Assembly (NCBI GenBank): GCA_951406725.2
Contig: OX597815.1
Coordinates: forward strand, 13,702,001 to 13,766,000
Direction: 5' to 3'
Length of the DNA: 64,000 bases
From: Octopus vulgaris
Taxonomy: Eukaryota
Part shown: positions 13,829 to 25,879 of the stretch, piece after piece
How the letters are laid out: every line of letters begins with the position of its first letter
How positions within the stretch are numbered: the first letter of the stretch is position 1
Position numbers and translations under genes: made by a program
The notes under the pieces: generated by a model
Databases searched by the model: none
The model's input: the letters and a program-made list of their open reading frames with translations, nothing else
What the model was told of the DNA's origin: nothing

Positions 13829-14074
13829 ACGCATATATATGTATATTTCGTGATAAAAACCGATATTGAAGTAAAATAAAGCCGTTGGTGTGCACCAAGT
13901 AAAAAAAAAGAAATCAAATATTGGTCATTAATCATGAGCAAAGACACCAAAGTTCCAGTCTACTAAGTCCTGAGAAAATGCTATTATATTGGGAACAGAA
14001 TGGTCATGTATAGAAAATCCAATATTGGCACAAGAAATAAGAGTGTGTACGGTTGTCATACGAACTTAGATATA

Positions 14075-14111
<37 letters not shown>

Positions 14112-14235
14112 GATATCATTTTCAAAAAAACTGATGGGGTGACAGATATATGAAGTTAACAGAGACAAGTAGGTAACGTACGTCTTCACTAAATGAACGA
14201 GAATACCATATATAATCTGAGATACTGAATATATC

Positions 14236-14274
<39 letters not shown>

Positions 14275-14280
<6 letters not shown>

Positions 14281-14873
14281 GTTATCGCCATACTAATATG
14301 GCATTCTTATAAAAATAAGAAAAAAGCTGTCCGCTTATTAGCTCCATGAGGCCATCGCCTTAAGTTAGCTATTTGATACACAAACTGTATCCATATAACC
14401 TTCGAACAAGGGAGGTCAGTCGCTCCACACTACTTGACCGGCAGCTACAGACGCGTTTCGGGGTATTGCCCCTTTTCAATGCAGCGTAGCCAGCCAGTAG
14501 GTGTCGCTTCCGACAATCTCTGTTCGATGGTTTTATTTACCTAGTTTCGGTGGAATACATCCACTTGTTTTCAATAATAGAAATATTAAAATAACTAAGT
14601 CTCTCTAAAAGAGAACAGCGGCAGCGTTCCCGGAAAATAATAGTTATCGCCGGTCAAGTAGTGTGGAGCGACTGACCTCCCTTGTTCGAAGGTTATATGG
14701 ATACAGTTTGTGTATCAAATAGCTAACTTAAGGCGATGGCCTCATGGAGCTAATAAGCGGACAGCTTTTTTCTTATTTTTATAAGAATGCCATATTAGTA
14801 TGGCGATAACTATTATTTTCCGGGAACGCTGCCGCTGTTCTCTTTTAGAGAGACTTAGTTATTTTAATATTTC

Positions 14874-14880
<7 letters not shown>
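14275..14880. mobile_element. HHR-bearing fold-back cassette with nested inverted repeats (A-HHR-B-A'-B'), flanked by (TA)n
   Basis: 14275-14442 is the reverse complement of 14649-14816; 14574-14651 is the reverse complement of 14802-14879; long (TA)n on both sides. Confidence 0.85.
14444..14485 (-). ncRNA. Type I hammerhead ribozyme (U3-A8 core variant)
   Basis: Minus strand: GCTGCA-TTGAAAA-GGGG caata CCCC-GAAA-CGCG-TC-TGTAGC; 6-bp stem I, 4-bp stem II, palindromic stem III, GUC cleavage triplet. Confidence 0.85.
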
Positions 14881-14951
<71 letters not shown>

Positions 14952-14956
14952 ATATG

Positions 14957-15064
<108 letters not shown>

Positions 15065-15673
15065 GTCCCGGGTTGAGTCGGAGTAAACCACAGTAAATAA
15101 GGTACGCAATACATAGCAGAGTAAAGTAATTTATTTTATAGAAGGAGCTATATATATATAGCGAGTAAGATATCCTATTTTTCGGGTATCTCTTTTGTGT
15201 TTGAACGTACACTGTATTCTTCTTTGAATAATGTATAGTCTATTGACTAATTTTTTTCTTTTTCACTAGACCACTGGTAACTGAGAATTTTTATATGAAT
15301 ATTCTTACTACCCTAAGATTTTAATTAATAATAAATATATATAAATACATATGTATATATATATATATATATATACATTGTGTTCCTTTTGTGTTATCAT
15401 TTGTCCTGGGTTAACTCACCAAAAAGAAAATTGCTTTGTGATCAGTTCGCTTCCTATGCCGACTGCATACTCATTCAATCATAAGGAGTGCTGAATTAAC
15501 AGAATGCCAATCATGGTAGACCGACTGCGTTCGAAGACTTTAACTTTACTTCCATTTGCACTTGGTTACACATTATACAGCGAAGAAGCTAGCCGTTTCA
15601 TAAGCCTTCAGTGAGATAGCCCAGGTGTCACATACATATAGCATGAAGGACAAAACGCCAACATACATAACAC

Positions 15674-16128
15674 GAAGGAGGAGGAGGAGGAGGAGGAGGA
15701 GGAGGAGGAGAAGGAGAAGGATGAGAAGAAGAAGAAGAAGAAGGAAGAGGAGGAGGAGGAGAAGGAGGAGGAGGAGAACAAGAAGAAGAAGAAGAAAAAG
15801 AAGAAGGAGGAGGAGGAGGGGAAGCAGCAGCAGAAGAAGAAGAAAGAGGAGAAGGAAGGGGAGTAGAAGAAGGAGGAGGAGGAGGAGGAGGAGAAGGGGG
15901 GGAGGAGGAGGAGAAGGAAAAGAAGGAGTAGAAGAAGGAGGAGTAGAAGAAGGAGGAGGACGAGAGGGAGGAGGAGGAGAACAAGAAGAAGAAGAAGAAA
16001 AAGAAGAAGGAGGAGGAGGAGGGGAAGCAGCAGCAGAAGAAGAAGAAGAAGAAGAAGAAGAAGAAAAAGAAGAAGAAGAAGAAGAAGAAGAAGAAGAAGA
16101 AGGAGAAGAAGAAGAAGAAAAAGAAGGA
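15674..16128. repeat. Polypurine (GGA/GAA)n compound microsatellite
   Basis: About 450 nt almost entirely of A/G; internal duplication at about 15768-15845 and 15969-16046. Confidence 0.95.
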
Positions 16129-16450
16129 ATATTAGATTCCTTGCTCTCTATATTATCATAAACATTGGAACGGAAAAGCTCCTATACGGTTGCCAGCATG
16201 CTAGAAATAAGAACCAAGTTGTCAGAAACCACAACCCACAAACTGTAAATGGAAATTGTACATTGAATAACGTAGTGGTAGATAAGCAAAATCATAGGAT
16301 GGTTACGTTTGGATTGCCTTACAAGTGGGCTAATGTGTACTTAACCAAAATTAATACATTGAGCTCAAGGTAACATTTTTGAATAGACCTATGATGAAAT
16401 ACATTTCACTCACAATGATCTCAAAGATGGTGCTTCTAGAATAAATTCAT

Positions 16451-16680
16451 TACTCTTTTATTCTTTTACTTGTTTCAGTCATTTGACTGCGGCTATGCTA
16501 GAGCACCGCCTTTAGTCGAGCAACTCGACCCCGGGACTTATTCTTTTTGTAAGCCCAGTACTTATTCTATCGGTCTCTTTTTGCCGAAACGCTAAGTGAC
16601 GGGGACGTAAACACACCAGCATCGGTTGTCAAGCAATGCTAGGGGAACATACATACACACAAACACACACACATACATAT

Positions 16681-16725
<45 letters not shown>

Positions 16726-16890
16726 TACGACAGGCTTCTTTCAGTTTCCGTCTACCAAATCCACTCACCAGACATTGGTCGGCCCGGGGCTATAGCAGAA
16801 GACACTTTCCCAAGATGCCACGCAGTGGGACTGAACCCGGAACCATGTGGTTGGTTAGCAAGCTACTTACAACACAGCCACTCCTGCGCC
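16451..16890 (-). mobile_element. tRNA-derived SINE family B with internal (TA)/(TG) microsatellite
   Basis: Head GGCGCAGGAGTGGCTGTG...GGTTCAGTCCC; tail GGCGGTGCTCTAGCATAGCCGCAGTCAAATGACTGAAAC; homologous to the copies at 21780 and 60055. Confidence 0.9.
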
Positions 16891-17615
16891 CTATTTGCAT
16901 ATTTTAAGAGAGTAGGATTTGTTATTTCAAACAGGTCAAACTATCAGGTAGAGATTCCCTTGCTGGATCGAATTGGTTATTTCAGTCGTTATTGACGTCG
17001 TCATTGCTATAGTTACCATCAGAAGTGTCTTGAAATTGTATCTGTAACACCTCAAATATTCTTACAACAATTGCTCTTACATTTCGTCGGTGGTCTTTTG
17101 TTCATGTTACATGAAATTTCTTCATGCATAACCTAGTAAGAAATTCTTTGATTTTATTGTATTTTCTATCTTTACTATCAGTTTCATTATTCACGAAATT
17201 ACTGTTAATGGCTGACCGAGCTTATTTTTATTATCTTAATCAAATGAGCTTTCCTCATTAATTTTTTTCTCTCAGCTATTTTCTTTTCTTTCTATTAAGA
17301 ATGAATGCTACGTTGTTCAGTAATATTCAATATTTCGGTATTGTTTTGCATTTTAGTCCGTATTTAACAATAGACTCTTTCTTTTAACTCACTGTTGTTT
17401 GGAAATATCCTTTCGTATTTAGTTAGTCATGTGTAACGGAGAATTAATGGCAGCACTGGCATCTGTTTATTCATTAATATACGAAGCTCTACATATAGAT
17501 TTACATTCAGAGATACACATGGACACAGAGAAATTACATAAATACATACACTGCTTTCCATCTTGCTCCTTTTCTCTCTCTCCCTCTATCTTTATATCGC
17601 TCTATCGCTATCTAT

Positions 17616-17663
<48 letters not shown>

Positions 17664-17769
17664 ATAGTAATGCAATACGAGAGTATTGCTTTCCAGTAAA
17701 GGATAGCCCGTGAGGGTAAAATTATGCATAAAAGTAAATAAATCGTTATGCCATTTATTTACTTTAATG

Positions 17770-17871
<102 letters not shown>

Positions 17872-18148
17872 CATATATATATATATATATTTAACTCACA
17901 CATACACAACTCACATGCACATATATCGATTATAAAATTTGTACACATTCACATAGACACACACACATACCCATGCACACCACATATGTGTGTATCTCTA
18001 TATATCTATGTACATATATAATGGAGTTCGCTGTAAAATCCCTCTAGTTAAACATACATATTGAAGTTGACCTGAGTAAACGCATGTAATTTATATAAAT
18101 ATGTATTTAGTTCACTATCGAGAGTATTTCCTCTCATGTTACTGCAAT

Positions 18149-18234
<86 letters not shown>

Positions 18235-18245
18235 TTATATATATA

Positions 18246-18431
18246 GGGAAAGTTCACGAAAAAAACAAAAAACGAAGACAGGTGGTGCACAAAACAAACA
18301 GATGTATTAGTATAACTCTCAGGTACTGAAAATGTCTTTTACATTTCGAGCCTACGCTCTTCTACAGAAAGGGACACAGAAAAAATAAGGAGAAAAATAA
18401 GGAGAGAGAGAAAAAATGTGTCTAGTGACTA
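18246..18431 (-). mobile_element. Short non-autonomous element, family D (PLE-terminus-like, minimal HHR-like motif at 18336-18371)
   Basis: Homologous to 21478-21665, 41462-41656, 51431-51620, 57480-57628 and 61113-61311; motif CTTT-CTGTAGA-A-GAGCgtagGCTC-GAAA-TG-TA-AAAG. Confidence 0.75.
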
Positions 18432-18629
18432 TATATGTATATATATATATTACTATATGTGTGTATATATATGTACGCAAACGCACACACGCACATACAC
18501 ACACGCACTCACACACACTACACACCCACACACAGCTACCACCACCCGCATACACTCACACGCACAGGGTTACTGCCACACAGACACTTGCTATTATACA
18601 CGCTCGCGCATAGCCACGCATACACACGG

Positions 18630-18865
18630 ATACCTATTTCTGTACTACCCACAAGGGGCTAAACACAGAGAGGACAAACAAGGACAGACAAACGGATTAA
18701 GTCGATTACATCGACCCCAATGCGTAACTGGTACTTAATTTATCGACCCCGAAAGGATGAAAGGCAAGGTCGACCTCGGCGGAATTTGAACACAGAACGT
18801 AACGGCAGACGAAATACGGCTAAGCATTTCGCCCGGCGTGCTAACGTTTCTGCCAGCTCGCCGCC
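18630..18865 (-). mobile_element. tRNA-derived SINE family C, near full length
   Basis: Head GGCGAGCTGGCAGAAACGTTAG...GTTCAAATTCC; central GCCTTTCATCCTTTCGGGGTCGATAAA. Confidence 0.9.
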
Positions 18866-19125
18866 CTAATACACACTTATGCTTTCCCCTCTTAGAACGA
18901 ACTTTGTCCTTCGTCCATTCCATTCTGGTAATATCAAAACGTAACCACACGTGGATTGTTTTCGATTTTCCCCCGTCTTTCATTTCTTCTGGAATTTCTT
19001 CTGTCTCCTGATTCTGGAGAAAGTAAAACACCCTTTCTTTCCTTCCATGAACGTCTCTTAATAAATTGCATGCACCACGTACGCATGTTGATGTTTTTTT
19101 TTGTGTTTCCTTTTCGCTTTTTGGG

Positions 19126-19177
<52 letters not shown>

Positions 19178-19606
19178 TCTATATCTATATATATATATAC
19201 TTATATTTATATTTACTTATATTTATATTCTCTTTTTTATATATATTCTACTTATTATACATTACTCTTTTATGTACACTGTTTTATGTACATTCCTTTA
19301 CGTACACTGATTTGTTCTGCTTTTTTATGTTTAACCCTACAGTCTCTTATGTGGTGGTTTAATAAAGTATGTGATTGAGTATTATCTGGTAATTGATATT
19401 TGATTTAGATGTATTTCTCCATTTTCTTATCTTGTATTAGTAATTTGTGGTAAATCATTTTACCTTTGCCCATATAATACAGTAAATGAATTGATTGGAT
19501 CGCAATCCTTAACATTTATGTATTAACTTTGTTGGGTACTTCACTAGCAGTATATTGGATATATGTTATACCATGGAGGGTTGCATTTACAACCCCTATC
19601 TCAATT

Positions 19607-19669
<63 letters not shown>

Positions 19670-19855
19670 AATATTAGGAAATAAATCCAAATTTACAGGG
19701 AAAAATCAGATTTAGGATTGAATCCAATTTTATAGTAAAATATTATATTATATTAAATTAGAGACAAAACCACTATTATGCAAATCAAACAAAGAAAGAC
19801 TTAAGCCAATACATTAATTAATTTATACAAATTTAGAAATTTAACAATTATAAAT

Positions 19856-19916
19856 AACCACTACGATCGTTTCATGTCTTATTTCAGCACATCTTTGAGA
19901 CATTCTTCAGGTGGTT
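19856..19916 (-). ncRNA. Type I hammerhead ribozyme (minus-strand copy)
   Basis: AACCAC-CTGAAGA-ATGTCT...AGACAT-GAAA-CGATCG-TA-GTGGTT on the minus strand. Confidence 0.9.
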
Positions 19917-20049
19917 TCAAAACCTAAAATATAATCAATATTTTTAAGATATAAATAATCTATCATAAAAATTTACTTATAATAAACTCAATTATTAAAT
20001 ATGATTATATCGAAATCGACTATTATATTGATTATATTTTAGGTTTTGA

Positions 20050-20110
20050 AACCACCTGAAGAATGTCTCAATGATGTGCTGAAATAAGACATGAAACGAT
20101 CGTAGTGGTT
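20050..20110 (+). ncRNA. Type I hammerhead ribozyme (plus-strand copy)
   Basis: AACCAC-CTGAAGA-ATGTCT(18-nt loop)AGACAT-GAAA-CGATCG-TA-GTGGTT: canonical core, 6-bp stems I and II, palindromic stem III, GUA triplet. Confidence 0.92.
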
Positions 20111-20217
20111 ATTTATAATTGTTAAATTTCTAAGTTTATATACATTAATTAATGTATTGGCTTAAGTCTTTCTTTGTTTGATTTGCATAATAGTGGTTTT
20201 GTCTCTAATTTAATATA

Positions 20218-20271
<54 letters not shown>

Positions 20272-20274
20272 AAA

Positions 20275-20676
20275 TAAGGGTGAAAAATTGAATATTAATT
20301 TGAATAATATCAATTTAAAAGCAGTGTGGTCTAGCATATTGAAAATCTGAAGTTTCAGAAATATTTATATTACATATATATAAGAGGGATGACCGGTAAA
20401 TGGACTTCCATTATACTATAAGATCCGCTATGGTCATACTACTAAGAAACGAATGTTCCCTAGAAAATTTTGTAAATGCCAGAACGTAAGTGAGCAAGAC
20501 AAATGAAAAGATACAAAATATAGATTAATCACAAAACAGGTTTCGTTGTTATCGCTTGCGTAATCATTTACATAATTGTCCGCAACTCATCAGTGTGAGC
20601 GTTTTGCAAATATAATTTCCAGAACTATACACGAGACGTCTACATGACCTTGAACATGTATACAGTACCATCACTT

Positions 20677-20680
<4 letters not shown>
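20275..20680 (-). mobile_element. PLE-like terminal repeat fragment between (TA)n tracts, carrying an HHR
   Basis: 3' end ...CTAGACCACACTG...TTCACCCTTATT-(TA)n is shared with the 13333 and 24530 termini. Confidence 0.7.
20529..20598 (-). ncRNA. Type I hammerhead ribozyme with long stem II and degenerate stem III
   Basis: TCACA-CTGATGA-GTTG...CAAC-GAAA-CCTGTTT-TGTGA. Confidence 0.7.
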
Positions 20681-20742
<62 letters not shown>

Positions 20743-20783
20743 TACCTCTCACTCTGTCTCTCTCTCTCTCCATATATATATAT

Positions 20784-20997
20784 AGGGCACTAAACTTTTA
20801 CAAATTTCACTACCAGTGGTCTAGCATGTACAAAAAGCCAATAGACGACATAATATTCAATATAAAATAGTGTACAGTTAATCACTAGAAGAAATTACCT
20901 ATAACAGGCAATTTCTACACGCTATGGGACTGTCAAAATGACTGGGTTTTCAGTCGTTTTTACTGTCTCCTACGTGTAGAAATTGCCTGTTATAGGT
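20784..20997 (-). mobile_element. PLE-like terminal fragment with fold-back hairpin (20897-20997)
   Basis: Terminus ...CATGCTAGACCACTGGT...GCCCTA-(TA)n; outer 25-bp arm ACCTATAACAGGCAATTTCTACACG is perfect. Confidence 0.65.
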
Positions 20998-21004
20998 GTT
21001 TAAA

Positions 21005-21330
21005 TGTACACCCACCCCTACACATTCCTACCCCACCTTCCCTATCCTTCTCATCCCCCATCCTATCCCACACACCTTCTGCCTACCCACAAACCCCAAC
21101 TCTACTTCTCATCCCCCATCCTATCCCACACACCTTCTGCCTACCCACAAACCCCAACTCTACGCCAACCCTCAGCCCGACCCACACCCCTCCCGTGCTT
21201 TCCCCACTCTCACCTTCCCCACCTCCCAACAACATCACACCACACCACACTACACCATACAACATTACACATCACATCACAACACACCACCCACACACTC
21301 ATCCCCACATTTTCACACCTACACATACAT
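21005..21330. repeat. C/A-rich low-complexity tract with a 58-bp tandem duplication (21048-21163)
   Basis: TTCTCATCCCCCATCCTATCCCACACACCTTCTGCCTACCCACAAACCCCAACTCTAC occurs twice. Confidence 0.85.
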
Positions 21331-21477
21331 ACACGCGCACGTTCAGACCACCAACCCTCTTCGACAGGCATACTCTCTTATACACACACGCACCGTCATG
21401 TTGGTGTCATCTTTAATTAGTTATCTTCCCTACTTCTTCCCCCTCGTGTGTGACCCTTCTGTCTGGCAGTCATCATG

Positions 21478-21763
<286 letters not shown>

Positions 21764-21779
21764 CGTCTATATATATATA

Positions 21780-22130
21780 GGCGCAGGAGTGGCTGTGTGG
21801 TAAGTAGCTTGCTAACCAACCATATGGTTCCGGGTTCAGTCCCACTGCGTGAGAGGAAACTGAGAGAAGCCTGTCGTATATATGTATATATATATATATG
21901 TATGTGTGTGTTTGTGTGTCTGTGTTTTTCCCCCTAGCATTGCTTGACAACCGATGCTGGTGTGTTTACATCCCCGTCACTTAGCGGTTCGGCAAAAGAG
22001 ACCGATAGAATAAGTACTGGGCTTACAAAGAATAAGTCCCGGGGTCGATTTGCTCGACTAAAGGCGGTGCTCCAGCATGGCTGCAGTCAAATTACAAGTA
22101 AACGAGTAAAAGAGTAAAAGAGTAAAGAGT
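21780..22130 (+). mobile_element. SINE family B, internally deleted
   Basis: Same head and tail as 16451-16890 but lacking roughly 65 nt after CCCACTGCGTG; (GTAAAAGA)n tail. Confidence 0.9.
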
Positions 22131-23658
22131 ATGTATATACATATATATGTATATACGTATGTGCGTGTGTGCTTTGTTTGTGTGTGTGTCTGTATGTGTG
22201 TTGTGTGTGTGTGTATGTACGAAGGTATGTATGTAGCGTCGCTCGCGTGTATATTCCTGAAATCGATTTCAGGCGTTATTCTTTCCATTTTTGACCTCAC
22301 ATTTTGAAATCTCAACTTTTTTTATATTGCACCAAATTTCAAATTTTGTAGCTGCAAATGTTCATTAGAGGATGATCAAACTAAAATTGTAAAAACATCA
22401 TAAAATTTGGTAAAAAAAAAAATCTAAATTAGTGACAAAATCTAGAAGTAGTCCCGTGGGATAAATGTTGACGTTCAGAATATTATTCATACACGGCAGT
22501 ATGAGAATGATATCCATTACAATATAGAATTTCCATGAATATGAGATAGATATTTGCAAGAAACTTAAATACTGAATTGAATCAATCATTTTGTAATATT
22601 GATTTCCTATTTTGGTAGAAGGCCATCAAATCCCGACGCGAAGGAAATTGGTAATCATTTTATCGAGGAGAGAAACGATAAAAAACAAAGACGATCTTGG
22701 TGGAATTTGAACTCAAAATGTAGAAGCAAACAAAATGCCCCCAAGTTTTCACGTTGCGTGTTGTAATAAATATTAATATTTGAAAATTATTTTACGTACT
22801 TTTGGCACGTATAGCTTATACAGTAACTTTTTTTTCATTTTGAATATTTTTTGAAAAGATTAGCGCCAAAACAGTCGACTTGATGAGTTCTATCATAGGA
22901 GCGAAACAAAAACAAAATTATTTCATAAAAACAAAATGTTTAGACTTTGAATTTGCCGAGTTAGTTACAAAACTTAGTTGGTGATAAATCCTAAATGGCG
23001 TTGTGGGTTAGTAAATGTTGACCTTAAGTTTATTATTCACACAATTCCGTGTTTATGTTTTATGTTTTCCAGTTCCAGCACTTGAGCTGTTGCCATGCTG
23101 GGGCACCGCCATGTGTGTCAATGATATTTTTTGAAAAGAGGAACACCACCACACTCATCTTGATGAGTTCCAATATATGAGGTAAAAATAAAATTTAAAT
23201 AGGTTTAGAATTTGATTTTTGGTGTTACCACATTTTTCGGCATATTTGGCCCAGTAGTTTCTTTTTTTATGTATATAGTTATCATGATTGGCTTCCTCTA
23301 GTGGAGATCTATCAGAAAAGTTGAATTTAAATATGTTTGGTTTTCTTTTGAAATAAGAATAATATTCGTAGTCAAAGTCGTTTTCAGGCGTTAATTTCCG
23401 TTTCATTTTTCGCTGGCTTTTACCTCATTATTTTTTTTTTCTACTGAATATTTCGGATATGAGTCATATGTATAGATTCCTCTCGCTGCGATATATCATA
23501 TCAGCGAAAATGAAATATAGATTTCATTAAAAAAATAATTGGACTCAAAGTCGGTTTCAGACGTTACTCTCCCGTTTTTACCTCACATATTTTACTGAAA
23601 CTTTTTTCTGCCGAAGCAATTTTAAAATATTGTAGCTGAAAATATAGCTTAGGATGTA

Positions 23659-23724
<66 letters not shown>

Positions 23725-24007
23725 CATACACACATATTCACATAAATATATGTATCAGTGGTGGTGTGCATGTGCGTGTCTGTCTCCCACTGCCGTTTGA
23801 CAGGCGTTTTTGATTTGTTTACGACTTGTAACTTAGTGGTTTGATAAAAAGAGATCGGTAGATTAAGTGCCAATCTTTAAAAAATTACCAGTTTCGATTC
23901 CGTTTTTCAAGGTGGTGTCTCATTATGGCCGCAATGTAATATCTGAAACAGATAAAAGATACAAGATACTCATTAACATGAATTATCGTCAGTAGAAATA
24001 TATATAC

Positions 24008-24054
<47 letters not shown>

Positions 24055-24057
24055 TAA

Positions 24058-24533
24058 TAAAGGGTTAAAAGCAACAAGTTGCTCAAAACCACATACCGAA
24101 AATATTAGAAATAGCAGCCAAAATTGGTCAGTATTTCCTCTACTAGTAAAAAGTCTCCACAAACAAACAGAATTTGTAAGCTGTATATGGCAAAAAAAGG
24201 CAGAAAACAATGAAAACCCAGCCTCTGGATTAATTATAGACGACTCGTTTCTGGATTAGAACCGAAGGTTCATTTCCTTGTCAATATAATATTTCCTATA
24301 GATCTAGAAATGCTAGGGGAAAAAACTTACCCGTTACACCAGTACGATCTGCAACATCGGACGGCTTAACGGAACTGCTAGCATTCGTACATCTATGCCG
24401 ACATGCGAATTCATATTTCCCTCCAAAATCTAATTATTATAACCCTTACCAAATATGGTCTTTTCCATACCGACAAATCTACTAGGTGAAATTGATTAAT
24501 TTTATTAAATTAATTATATTCCACCCTTTATTG
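24058..24533. mobile_element. Two outward-facing PLE-like termini between (TA)n tracts
   Basis: Both ends read ACCCTTTATT then (TA)n on opposite strands; contains an HHR at 24233-24290. Confidence 0.65.
24233..24290 (-). ncRNA. Type I hammerhead ribozyme (U3-A8 variant)
   Basis: ATTATA-TTGACAA-GGA..GAACCttcGGTTC..TCC-a-GAAA-CGagtCG-TC-TATAAT. Confidence 0.72.
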
Positions 24534-24592
24534 AATATATATATATATATATATATATGGATATATATGGATATATATATATATATGTATAT

Positions 24593-24633
<41 letters not shown>

Positions 24634-24642
24634 GATATATAT

Positions 24643-24708
<66 letters not shown>

Positions 24709-24869
24709 TGGATTTATTGTAACGAGCTGATGAAATAGACACATGACCCTTAGCCCAAAAATAAAGGAAGAAAAAGAATGCGTTCTCGCTCGTGTACTTT
24801 CCACCGTACACCTTGTAGCAATGATCTATGAACCTCTCATGGATCAGCCAGGTGTGAATATCAAATATT

Positions 24870-25225
24870 ATTTTGTTACAGGACTCTTCAGCTTGGCGAG
24901 GTTTTGGTCAAGGTCTCTCATAAATCTCGAACATCAGTATGCCTATGCGAACATGACACATTAGTCCCTTGTGCTTAGAAATGCTACAAGCTCTCAATAA
25001 TTTCACCGATGTGTACCAATTTGGTGCAAGGTAACTAATAAAATTTCCGCTCAATCAGCTCCAAGTCCTCCCCTTCGGGACTTCAACATCATCATTCCGG
25101 GGAAAACCATTGGATTAAATTAATCCACTTGCATAGGTTGCAAGTGAGTTCTCTAGCAACTGGAGGCCTGAGCAAGATGTGGAACGAAGAATCGGATCCG
25201 CTTACTCAGGTTTCGTAAACTAAAC
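24870..25225 (+). mobile_element. Highly decayed RTE-like RT fragment
   Basis: Peptides [20 protein letters not shown] and SSNWRPEQDVERRIGSAYSGF resemble RTE RT motifs. Confidence 0.5.
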
Positions 25226-25879
25226 AAAACATGTAGTAAAAAACATAGACTAACTTTTGATGGCGAAGATTATAGTTTAAAAAACTGTTGTCACATCCAC
25301 GCTCTTATATGATTGTATAAATTTTACTTAGTGGTAGAAGTCCTAACGCATTCATCAACTGAAACTTCGGTCTCTCTCTCTCTCTCTCTCTCTTGAACAC
25401 TCACTAGTTTAATTAATATCTCCATAACCTCTGCCATGGGAAGAGCGAGTAGCCAGAATATCAAATCCCTAATCGATGTCACGATGAAAGACTGTCGCAT
25501 CAATTTCTCTTCAGCAAACTGACAACCAGGAAGAGACAAAAAGATGCCCATTACCATAACAATATATCAAAAAAACTTAATTAAACACATATTAATTAAA
25601 AATTTCTAAATTAACCGCCAACGAAACCATTAAGGTATATAAGGGACAGATTAAATATTATAACCACCCAGGTCCCAAATGTACTAAAACAATAATAACA
25701 GTAATAGACTCAATAACAACAAGAGTCCTTAACTTGCTCCTACCATTGTTAATATTCCGAATAATACCCAATTTCACATAAATAAACAGTCAAAGGGAAG
25801 TAACCATGCTTCCTCTTCCTTAGCTACAATAGTTACGCTAGTTTTTTTTAAATAATAAATCTAGCAAACAATCACAGAA

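Larger units (their letters stand above)
19666..20225. mobile_element. Fold-back cassette between (TA)n tracts, arms of about 200 bp (19741-19940 / 20026-20225), one HHR per arm
   Basis: Arms are near-perfect reverse complements with a spacer of about 85 nt. Confidence 0.9.

Noticed and set aside
15625-16161. 178-aa poly-Arg/Glu ORF
   Set aside because: Translation of a (GGA/GAA)n microsatellite; no splice or domain evidence.
22874-22915. TTGATGA-GTTC..GAGC-GAAAC hammerhead-like string
   Set aside because: No stem III, cleavage triplet or stem I can be formed.
22250-23650. Diverged repeats containing TTTCAGGCGTTA (22260, 23375, 23550) as a CRISPR-like or regular array
   Set aside because: Irregular spacing, long diverged units and eukaryotic context; probably old TE fragments.
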